This document shows positions 25,581 to 37,140 of a stretch of 64,000 nucleotides of DNA, one piece after another (position 1 is the stretch's first letter; every line of letters begins with the position of its first letter). The DNA lies in NCBI RefSeq assembly GCF_006345805.1, contig NC_043010.1, positions 19,530,001 through 19,594,000 on the forward strand, in the 5' to 3' direction. The stretch comes from Octopus sinensis. Taxonomy: Eukaryota. A program made the position numbers and the translations under genes. Below the pieces are notes generated by a model. That model was given only the letters and a program-made list of their open reading frames with translations, was not told the DNA's origin and did no database searches.

Positions 25581-26225
25581 CAGATATATACGCACATCTC
25601 ATAGACAGAATATAAGCTGGCAGTACAGTGTGTATGTATGCATGCATAATATATACACACATACACACACATGCATGTGACATTGCTAATTTTAAGGGTA
25701 TTGCGAAAGGCTTGATTGATGGTCCAACCTTCCAAGTTCTTTTACAGGGCTTAGAAAAACCAAAGGGCCGCAGCAATATGTGTGTGAATCTGAGAAGGGA
25801 ATGTGTTGAGTAAAATCATAATTAACTGAGCCTCTGGTATTTTCTTTTACCCAAAGCCAGGAACTTTTCTACATCCTTTCATGTATGTATGTATGTATAT
25901 ATATATATATATATATAATGTGTGTGTGTGTGTGTGGACGCGCAATGGCTCAGTGGTTAGGGCAGTGGACTTGCGGTCATAGGATCACGGTTTCGAATCC
26001 CAGACCAGGCGTTGTGAGTGTTTATTGAGCGAAAACACCTAAAGCTCCATGAGACTCCACCAGGGGTGGTGGGGCGATCCCTGCTGTACACTTTCACTCT
26101 TTCTTCTGTTGGCTTGCTTGCTTAACCAGTGGGGTGGCGTCATTTCAAGGCTAAAACAATGCGAAGCGCATTGTGACCAGCGATGTGTAGCAACATCTGA
26201 TAGCCTGGTCGGTCACGAGATCACT

Positions 26226-26273
<48 letters not shown>

Positions 26274-27076
26274 TTGTATATATGTGGAGGTGCATGACTT
26301 AGTGATTAGGGTGTTGGACTCATGATTGTAACATTGTGGTTTCAATTCCTGGACCGGGCAATGCATTGGGTTCTTGAGCAAAACACTTCAGTTCACATTG
26401 GGCCAGTCCACTTAACTGTCAGAAATGAGTAATCCGGCAACGGATCAGCATCCTGTCTACATGGGGGAATTTATACACCACTGAAACTGGGAAACTGGCC
26501 CTTATGAGCCTGGCATGGCTTGAGAAGGAAATATTTCTTCTTTATATATATATGTATGTATATATATAATCCCTTGTACAGAACCCAAGATGGCAATACA
26601 TTGCTTGTGTGTGTGTGAATGTGTGTGTGTGTAAATCCTTTTTACAGAACCTGAGATGGCAGAATATTATTGCATGCATGCCAACTACTCATTTGGAAAT
26701 TTGCCATTGTGTATGTAAGAGAGATAGAGATTTCTGTTTATGAGGTGTGCTGTATAAATATATGTGTGTGTGGGTGTGTGTGTGTGTGTATATATATTTG
26801 TGGGTGATACTTTACACCAACTTGGTAGTATGTACCTGATATTCTACACCAGTTTGACAATGTGTATGTGTGTGTCTATGTATGTATATGGAGAGGAAGG
26901 TTTATGCTGACTTTTTGGAGTTTTTTTTTAAAGAAAAAAGATTGATGTTCACACGTGATATTATACATTGTGCACATGTATAAAAGCATACACACGCGTG
27001 CACACACACACACACCATCCAACCCATGCCAGCATGGGAAATGGACATTGAATGATGATGATGATGACATACACAC

Positions 27077-27084
<8 letters not shown>

Positions 27085-27126
<42 letters not shown>

Positions 27127-27127
27127 C

Positions 27128-27192
<65 letters not shown>

Positions 27193-27246
27193 CACACACA
27201 CACCTCTCTCTCTCTCTCTTATATATATATATATATACACACACAC

Positions 27247-27277
<31 letters not shown>

Positions 27278-27385
27278 CATATACACACACACCTCTCTCT
27301 CTCTCTCTCTCTTATATATATATATATATTATATATATATACACACACACACACCTCTCTCTCTCTATATATATATATATATAAT
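27085..27385. repeat. Higher-order compound microsatellite [(CT)n(AT)n(AC)n] x~4
   Basis: Direct reading. Confidence 0.9.
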
Positions 27386-29304
27386 GTAATGTAATCCAAC
27401 AGACACACACCCATAGTGTATGTAGAAACAACTTCCTGTGAGGGGTACTGTTTCTTTGTAATCAAAAGTTGCCAATCCTTTCCCACTTCAGCTCACCTTG
27501 ATTGTGGTGATGTTGTTTAACCCAAGGTCGCTGCTGTGCCAGCACACCTATGATCAAATACATTCCAAGTGTGAGTGTCCTATCTTTCTCACCTTATTTA
27601 AGGCAGTAGAGTGTGGTATGAGGAAGCTTTAACTGCTGTTTCTAGAATATCAAATGACTACATTGAGGAAACAGGGGCAACTTTTCTGAGAAGTTGGCTG
27701 CATGCACCATAGCTCATTGTCAGGCTGACCACATTACCAAAGAAGATTATCTTTGTGAAATTGGGTAAGCCATCCAGAAAGTTCTGTGGGTCACAGTTTG
27801 CCCCATGACTGATATAAAGGCTCACTCTTTAGCTGAGAATAGTAGGTCAGACATTCCAGTCTATGCCATCCTCTCTTATTCGGGAAATCTAAGAACTACA
27901 TTTGTCAATGATGATAGGATGTGGGAGACATAGTCACTATTTGTAGCCGGTCAAGCTTGGACTTGATCGTATATATGGCAAATGTTTATATCTTAAATTT
28001 TTGTTTCCAAATCATCCTTTCCTTACACTATTAGTTCAGCAAACAGCCTTTAGTTACGTCTTAAGCAAGCACTGTGTGTGTGTGAGAGAGCAAGCATTTA
28101 TCATAGACTTTTTTGGGGATATGTTTTACCTAAGACAGATACTATAAAGTTCACTACACCTGGCCAAGCACTCAGACCATAAAGGACTGAAGCATTTTTC
28201 ATGTACAACATGGATTATCCAGAACCTTTGGTTTCAAACCCTTTTTGGGTTACTCGTTTTACCAAACAGAGGGTTGTCACCCCTATACCAAACTAATATT
28301 AAATTTACTCAAATAATTAAAATTTTTAATTAGCATTTAAACCAGCGGTATCTGGCCAAAATATTCTACCAGTTTTATATCCAAACTAGCTACATCTAGT
28401 TTCTCATACCATTCTAAAACTTAACAGTTACCTCATCGAAATCTCAAAGCTTGGAGATAATGCATGATTAATTGAAAACAAAAGCAAATAAATAAACATT
28501 GCTTTTGTGTCACCTGAATGCTAAACAATTAAACATCAAACGAGTATCTGTACATTAACCTTTGCATTGTTCAGATTATTCTCTCAAATGTTACGCTTAT
28601 TTATTCCCATTGCTTTGAATTAATCATGAATTATCTCATGGCTTCAAGATTCTGAGGATGCATTGTTTATTTTTAGAATGACATTGTAGGGTAGACGTGA
28701 AGGGCCAGATTTGGCCATTTCCATCATAAACCAAGTAGGATATTCTGGCCGGATGTGGCCAGTTTAAATGCTAAAGGGTTAATATACATGATACTTCATC
28801 ATCATCATCGTTTAGCATCCGCTTTCCATGCTGGCATGGGTTGGACAGTTTGACTGAGGACTGACGAGCCAGAAGGCTGCACCAGGCTCCAATCTGATCT
28901 GGCAATGTTTCTACAGCTGGATGCCCTTCCTAATGCCAACCACTCCAAGGGTGTTGTGGGTGCTTTTTACAATCCACCTGCACGGGAGCCAGTCAGGCAG
29001 CACTGACATTGACCATGCTTGAATGGAGCTTATGTTCCCCTGGCACGGGTGCCAGTCAGGTGGTACTGACATTGATCATACTTGAATGACACTTTTTCCG
29101 TGCCACAGGCAAGGTAGCCAGTCAGGCAGTACTGGCTGTGCAAGGTACTGTGAAAGAGTAAACTCGTCTGGTGGCTGCAGGACATTGAAGTTTCTGCTCA
29201 CAAGTTAATGTGGATCATAAGAGGTTTAGGGACTGTCAGTGCTTGGGAAGTGAGTGTTGTACCAATTCCACAAATCATTGGAATAATTCTACCAATTTTC
29301 TCTC

Positions 29305-29660
29305 TTCATTTACGTTTCATCTTGTTTCAGTCTGTGGCCATGCTGGAGTACCACCTTCAAGAATTTTAGTCGAATGAATTAAACCCAATACTTGATTCTT
29401 TTAAGTTTGGTACTTATTCTATCAGTCTCTTTTGCTGCGCCGCTAAGTTACAGAGATGTAAACACACCAACGCTGGTTGTCAGGTGGAGGGCTATGACAC
29501 ACACACACATGTATACAACGGGTTTCTTTTAGTTTCCGTCTATCAGATCCACTCATGAGGCTTTGGTTGGCCTGAGACTATAGTAGATGACACTTGCCCA
29601 AGGTGCCATGCAGTGGAACCATGTGGATGGGAAGCAAGCTTCTTACCACTGAGTCATGCC
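29305..29660 (-). mobile_element. SINE family A
   Basis: Reverse-complement match to the family. Further minus copies: ~31150-31470, 38095-38545 (interrupted), 62410-62820, 62850-63210. Further plus copies: 32748-33085, 48859-49360, 49415-49790, 54965-55260. Confidence 0.85.
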
Positions 29661-29714
29661 TTCCTCTGATGAAGAGCCCTACTCGCAATATTAGTCTTTT
29701 CATCTTCTTTATTT

Positions 29715-30114
29715 ACATTATTTACATTTGGCAGATATTTGTCCTCATTTTGTTTGTTGTTAACATGTTTCGGCTGATATACCCTCCAACCTTCATCGGG
29801 TGTCCTGGGGAATTTTGAACCTGGGTTCTCATTCCTAAGGTATTTTTCAATGTTATTATTATTCAGGTCACTAACCCCAAGATTCCAAGTTCGATTCCAG
29901 GCAGTAACCTAAATAATAATAATAACAATAATAATGATAACATTGAAAAATACCTTAGGAATGAAAACCCAGGTTCAAAATTTCCCCAACAAACCTGATG
30001 AAGGCTGGAGAGTATATCAGCCGAAACATTGTGTTAACAACAAACAAGATGAGGACAAATATCCGTCAAATGTAAATAATGTACATAATTCCTCATCTTA
30101 AATATAGAACTGTA
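29715..30114. mobile_element. tRNA-headed hammerhead retroelement, inverted dimer, 10-bp TSD (copy 1)
   Basis: Left arm (-) and right arm (+) are inverted copies; TSD ttctttattt at 29705-29714 and 30115-30124; the + arm carries a B-box AGTTCGATTCC and an HHR. Confidence 0.8.
29990..30035 (+). ncRNA. Minimal type I hammerhead motif (core intact, helices I/III partly decayed)
   Basis: CUGAUGA(29995-30001)-A-GGCUG-loop10-CAGCC-GAAA(30023-30026)-CAU-U|GUGUU. The mutated mirror copy on the minus strand at 29761-29805 has CCGAUGA. Confidence 0.65.
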
Positions 30115-33100
30115 TTCTTTATTTCACTTTTGTTCTTTAAAGTTGTTTTTTTCCCTCCAAGCAGGCTCAAATCTCTGAATCTATAGGAAATTTATTGTGT
30201 GTGTGTATGTGTGTGATTCTCTTGTAACCAAACTTTCTCTCTTTTACATTTCGTATCGATTAAAGACTGACAATAGATTTCTGTATTGAAATTGTATGGA
30301 AGATATGGTTTGTCAGATGGAAAAATTGCTGCCAAATTCAATGTTTAGTATCTCGACAACCAGCATTCAATATCACATCCTTCTGTCGGGAAAAATGATT
30401 CAATCATTTCTTTGTAAAAGAGAATTCTTTGATGTAATCCAAGAGGAAGGGGTGTTATTGATTGATTGTAAAGAGATTAAATTTGGCTGTAATTTCTGTA
30501 TGTGTGGCTCCATTTCTTTCAAATATTGGAAATATTGGGATGCAGGCAGTGATAGGTTGGAATTAGTATTGAACTGAAAAGAAAAAGTAATTAAATTGGT
30601 TAAGAGGAAAAAATATTAATAAATATAAAGAATTTTCCATGGATTTAGATTTTTGGGCCATCCCGTATGTGTGTGTGTTGATTTTATTTATGCATATATG
30701 ATGGAATTTGTTGTCAAAGATAACATATGAGTGTTCAATTTTTGCTGAATGACATTCACAGATGATTTGTTTGTGTGTGCTGAACGTTAGCTCACTGCCT
30801 CTATCAAACTGACATTACCTGCACAGGTGTGCAAGTGTGCCACATGTCAGGTGTCAAAATTATCACGAAACAACATGGAATGAAGTGTTTTGCTCAAGAA
30901 CCTGGGAATTGAACTCCTGATCTAGTGATCATAAGTGCAACACCATAACCACTAGGGCACACGCCTTCACACACACATCATCATCATCATCATCCACTTT
31001 CCATGCTGGCATGAGTTGTATGGTTTTGACATAGAGCTGACTAGCCAGAGAGCTGTCCGGACTCCAATTGTCTGTTGTGGCATGGTTCTTGGGACTGGAT
31101 GCCCTTCCTAACATGCAAACCACTTAGCAGAGTGTGCTGGGTGCTTTTTACTTGTTTCAGTCATTAGACTGTGGCCATGCTGGGGCTCCAACTTGAAGGG
31201 TTAAGTCAAATACGTCACCCCTAGTACTTATTTTTTACCTGTCTCTTTTGCCAAACCACTAAGTTATGAGATATAAACAAACCAATACCAACTGTCAAGT
31301 GGTAGTGGGTGACAAACGCTCACGCACACATCAATATGATGGGCTTCCTCACAGTTTCCATCTATCCAATCCACCCCACAAGGCTTTGGTTGGTCTGGGG
31401 CTATAGTAGAAGACACTTGCCCAAGGTGTCCTGCAGTGGGACTGAACCTGGAACCATGTGGTTACAAAGTGATTGACAATTTAGAAAACTGCTCTCGTAG
31501 ATAAATGTGCTTTCCATGACAACGACAGAGAGAGAGAGGGGGGGGAGCAAGCAAAGAGGAAGAGAAGCAGGCAGATAGATTCAGCTCTATCTAGCCATAT
31601 AGACATGCATATGTGTGTGTGTGTGTGTGTGCATACGCACATGAACAAACACCTGTAAGATTCCCTTAATTACCGGCACACACCCCTCTTTGAATACTCC
31701 CATCCATTATCAAGAATACAATAGTGAAAGGAAAATGGGGGGGGCTGTAATTAAGAGCAGAATGATAGCTTGTGTGTATACGTCCTTTCAAATGATAATG
31801 CTCTTTTGTATACGTGTGTGTGTGTGTGTGTGTGTAAAGACAGGAACTTGTCCAGTATGTCTTCCCTTTGTCCTTTTCACATTCGTTCCCTTTTCACTGT
31901 CCACAAGATCAGAACAAAGAAACGTTTGTTGCAATTGTTGCTGTTGTTGTTGCTGCATTCAACCATTGGTCTGTCTGTGTGTCTTAACAGCTATAATGGT
32001 TGTTTGAACAGACCAGCAACATGTCTTGTTGCTGCCTCTATATTGGTAGACTTTTCTTTTCTTGAGCAAGATACACAACTCTGTCTTTTGCCAGAAGGCT
32101 CGTGTATGATAATCTATATACATATTGCCATCATCATCAACATCACTATTGTCATCATCATTGCTGCTTTCGTCTCTATGGATACCATCGTCACTACAAG
32201 GAGTTCAAACACCAACAGCAGCATTACTAATACCACAACACCATCAACAATAACATCATCACCATCACTATCTTCACTCTTCACCACCACTACCATGCTA
32301 CCAGTGTAACTGGCTGTTATTTGGTCAGCCTGATCTTCTCATCTCTCATCCATCCTCTCTGTGGATTCACGCTGTGCTACATGTTCAATACCCATTAACC
32401 CCATCCTGTCACTCTACCTCTATTTCCCATGACTTAGCCTCTATATAAAATCTTTCATCAGCTCTGTTGTCACATGATCTATGCTCTATACATCTGTACT
32501 GCCAGTCATCACTCCCTCTCCTCAAGCCACTCATCCTCTGTGCCCTCCCACCCCACCATCCCAACCACTGTTTCTGCCCACATACTTTTGATCCTTTTAT
32601 CCTCTCATTTTTCCTTCTGTTGTCATGATATCTGCTTTAACCATCTTGGATATACAAATAAGTAGAGAAGAAAAACAATCCAGAAACCTCTTTAAAAAAC
32701 AACTGACTTAATGTTATATTTATTAATAAAACTATCTTTCACCTACCATAGCTGTGTGATTAAGAAGTTTGCTTCCCAAACATGTGGCTTTGGGTTCCGT
32801 CCCACTGTGTGACACCTTGGGCAAGTGTTTTCTACTATAGCCCAAGGCCGAACAAAGCTTTGTGACTGGATTTAGGAGATGGAAACTGAAAGAAGCCTGT
32901 CGTGTGTATGTGTGTGTGTTTGTATCTACATGTATGTCTTTCTGTTTGTCCCACCACTGCTTGATAACTGGTGTTGGTTTGTTTATGTCCCCTGTAACTT
33001 AACAGTTTGGTGAAATGAACCAGTAGACTTAGTAGTACCAGGGTGGTGCTGCAGCATGACTCCAATCTAATGACTGAAACAAACACAAAAAAAAATAACT

Positions 33101-33926
33101 CTACATCTCCCCTCACCATCACACCTACATACAACCCTACATCTCCCCCACTCACCACCCCAATCCAATAATTATTAGCCATTAAATGCAGCTAAATGTC
33201 AAAAATTAGAGAAAAATTTGTATTTTGGTGGTACTGTTGTTGCTGCTGCTGTTGTTGTGGTGGTGGTGGTGGTGGAACAATGGTAGTGATGATGGTGATG
33301 GTTAAAACAGTCATTGCTAGTGATGATGGTGAAGTAAGCCTCATTTAGCATCCTCCTCCTTTGTATACTTCCCAGTGGGTGCCTGAGATTTTACTTAATG
33401 CCACATTAGTGGATGGATGGAGGAAATGGTGTGGTTTGCAGATGGAGTCTCTATGTGGTTACTCACCCTGCTAGAAATAGAAACCAAATTTCCTTCAAAG
33501 CACATCCTATTATCTTATAGGGATTTGGAAACTGGACAGGTACTTTTTTAGGACTCTGCTATAATCCAGATCTGGCTAACCACATTGAATGATAGGGAAC
33601 ATACAGAATTGCTTAAGGTTATGACAATAATACCATAATAAACAAATTTTAAAGATGTGTAATTTTTCATTCTTTGTGATGTCTTGTGTGTGTATGTTTG
33701 TGTGTATGTGTATGTATGTATGTGGGAGAGAGAGAGAGAGAAAACCCAGTGAGTGTAGGCTCTTAGAGTAGATCTGGTGCAAATAATAGCCAAATTTCCT
33801 TCAACTGAAATTCTTGGAAGGTGAGAGAAGGGACAACACATTGGATAATATCTGAGTGAAGAACAAGATGGTTTGCTCTGACCTCGGGCTAAACAACAAC
33901 ATTATATTTATCATAAGGAACATCTT

Positions 33927-34293
33927 ATTACCTCCACCATCACTAAGGTGGAGGTATTGTTTTCAGTCGTGTTTGTTTGTTTGTCCGTGGCCAAGATATC
34001 TCAAGAGCCACTGGAGGGATTTCGATGAAACTTTCAGGGATGTTTGGTCTCGAGACTGGCATGAACTGATTAGATTTTGGGATCAATCCGGTACTGGACA
34101 AGGATTCTGGATTATTTTTCCTGTTTTTTTACTTAATTTTTGAGAGCGGTTGGTTTCGTTTTTAGTATTGTCGTTTGTGAGAGCAGTCGAGTTTATTTCA
34201 GAAATTCTCATTTTAAATACCATCTCTGCTTAATCATTGAGAGGACATTGGTGTTGCCTTGGCGGAGGTTTGCGCTCTCTGAATGCTCTTGTT
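33927..34293 (+). mobile_element. Helentron-associated (HINE/DINE-1-like) non-autonomous element
   Basis: 5' subterminal ACCTCCACC with local inverted partner GGTGGAGGT, (GTTT)n tract, 3' subterminal GGCGGAGGT (34261-34269) followed by small stem-loop GCGCTCTCTGAATGC and a TT end. Confidence 0.65.
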
Positions 34294-35897
34294 CCTGGTT
34301 ACTCTCTCTCTCTTGTGCATGCGTATGTGTGTGTGTGTGTGGTATTTGATGCGTAAGTCCATTTATTGTCATCTCGTGCTGCCTCTGCATTTGGTTCTAG
34401 ATTGACTTTGTATATAGTGACAGTGTATTACAGTGTGCAGTGTGTGTAGTTTTATATATACCATGTATTTACTAATAACCTTAACGTCATCAACCAATAT
34501 AGGGTCCCTGACATCCTGCTGCTAATTCTGGCTTTTGTCATGGTCCCTCAAACATATATGTATATATATATATATGTGTGTGTGTGTATGTGTCAGGCAT
34601 GTGCCATCAGTAATTACTCAGGGTAGGCAGTTGGTGACCCTTATGTAATAAAACATAAAAAGAAGCGAATCACAAGCGCGCAACTGAGTTGAAGGCAGAT
34701 TTACTTCTGCCTTTATGGTACGTAAAGAAAACAGTGTTGTAGGAGTGTATACAGCATGTGTACTACAGCAGTCTTATGTGTAGCTTAAATACTGAGATTG
34801 AATAGTAGGGACAAATTATGCCTACCTAATCTACAAAAATTTTAATATTTTGCATTTTATGCATAATAATCAGAGTAACTTTCGCAATTTTATTGAATTA
34901 GGTCCATATTTTGCTATAAAAGGAAAATGTTGCTATCGATCTGTTATTCATGGTAGGCCTTGCCTACCTAGGTGGCGCGTCCCTGGTGTGTGTATATAAT
35001 ACACATACATACATTCACATCATCGTTTTAATGTCCACTTTTCCATGCTTGCATGAGTCAGATGGAATTTGTTGAGACAAATTTCTTTTGGCTGGATGTT
35101 CTTCCTGTCACCAAGCCTCAATTGCTTGTTTCCTTGCAAGTTAATGTTTCTCCTCAACCTTATAGAACAGGGTAAATATTATATATACATTGCTGGGAAA
35201 CACTCAAACACATGTGTGTGTGTGTTTCTAACTTTTTTGTTGAAATAAATAAATTGAGAAACTAAATTATTGTGGATTGCCTCCCTAGACAAATCTGTAA
35301 CTCATGAACACCACACAATCTCATTTCCTTTCCCTATATAAATGTATCATCTATAAACGTTCTTTCATGTTGATGCCTGCACAAGTAGACTTTGATTCCC
35401 ATCATGTTACGATCAATACTTTAAGTACCAGTTATATACCAGGGTGGAGGACAATTTCTGGTTTTGTGCCAGATGTAAGAAATCTTCGTTGCATTCTAGA
35501 AAACTGTCTGTAAAGAATTCCCCAGCACATATCCCCACCACTGGCACACATCACCACCATGCCACTACATGCCATCACTACCATCAAGAACTAATGACGC
35601 AGCTTCTAAGCAGTCACTCAACCTGCAACAAAAATAACAACCAAATCTACCTTACCTTATTAATTGGAAGGTAGGACTCACTGGGCGGTGTGGGCACAAT
35701 TGGAATGCCTTTGATCTTAGGTCTGTCTGGATCAGGTTGGCCTAGGGTTAATAACAACGAGCATATTACTTGCACAGCAGCACCACCACCATCATACAAT
35801 CACACCACCATATTAATAACATATCTCCCCTCGTCAATACAACGCAGGTGATTGTAGCATTGTGGTGGTGCTGGTGTTAACGACGAGCGACAGGTCA

Positions 35898-35929
<32 letters not shown>

Positions 35930-36864
35930 TCGGGATTTCTATTATTTTCCATTACCCAGCTGCTGCTGTTGTTTGTTTCGTGGATGATACTTCATCTGGA
36001 TTCGAACCTCAAACTTTTCGAGTTTCCGTCATCTTTTGTTTCCCAGCCGTTACTTTCGTCTTCCCTTCAGACGGACAGCTTCGGTCAATTTCTAAGAAAG
36101 CATGTTTACAGGTGGCGGGGACAATGTGCGCTTGTTGCTTTGTGCGTATATATTTAGTGTGTATACATGTAGCAGAAATACAAGACCAACCTTGATTTAT
36201 CAAAACCATTCCACCCATAACCATCCTGTCTTTTTACATATCTTGAATTGCGTTGTGCAGCTTTTGTGCGGTGTGATTTGAATAAGATTTTGCTGTTGTT
36301 TCTAGCAAGCCTAATTATTCATCTATATCTCTCGCTGGTATTTTAAAATCAGGTTGTGTGTGTGTGTGTGTGCATGTATGTGTGTGTGTATGTATGTATG
36401 CGTGTGTGTGTTTACGCTCACTCATAAGCGCGCGCGCACTGACTATTTCATGTTTAACACCTCTGTGATTGGATCTGTGGTTTAAACGTTGTTATTCGAG
36501 TAAGCAGATTTGGAGGAGATGGAGGTGTAATTGAGGGTAGACAGATTAGGTTAATCCCGTCAAGTATATACTATATCGGGAACGGGTATCCTTTTTCGAG
36601 GAGCAGATCGTACTACTGAAAACTTCCAGGGTAATTTTTCGTTGGCGTGCCGCCATTCAGAAGGTCTTACGGGTCACGATTTGATCATGAATGTTCGATA
36701 TTATAAACATATCATTTCCTCCTCCCATATAATTGACATCTTTCTCCATCGAGGAGTTGTCTGAAATTAACTTTTTCTCTTCCCGCCATAACTATTTTCC
36801 CCCACTCTCCCCAAACCATTTTTTTTATTTATTTACCCCTTCTGTTCTATTATTTCACTTTGGT

Positions 36865-36874
36865 ATATATATAT

Positions 36875-36936
<62 letters not shown>

Positions 36937-37140
36937 CCCCCACACACATATATACATATATATACACACATATATATACACATATATATACACACATATA
37001 TACATACATATATATACACACATATATACACACACATATATATACATATACATACATATATATATACATACACATATATATATATACACATATACACACA
37101 CACGCACACACATATATATATATACTCGTGTATATATGCA
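36865..37140. repeat. (TA)n/(CA)n compound microsatellite
   Basis: Direct reading; an adjacent (CT)n(CA)n compound tract lies at 37540-37820. Confidence 0.95.
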
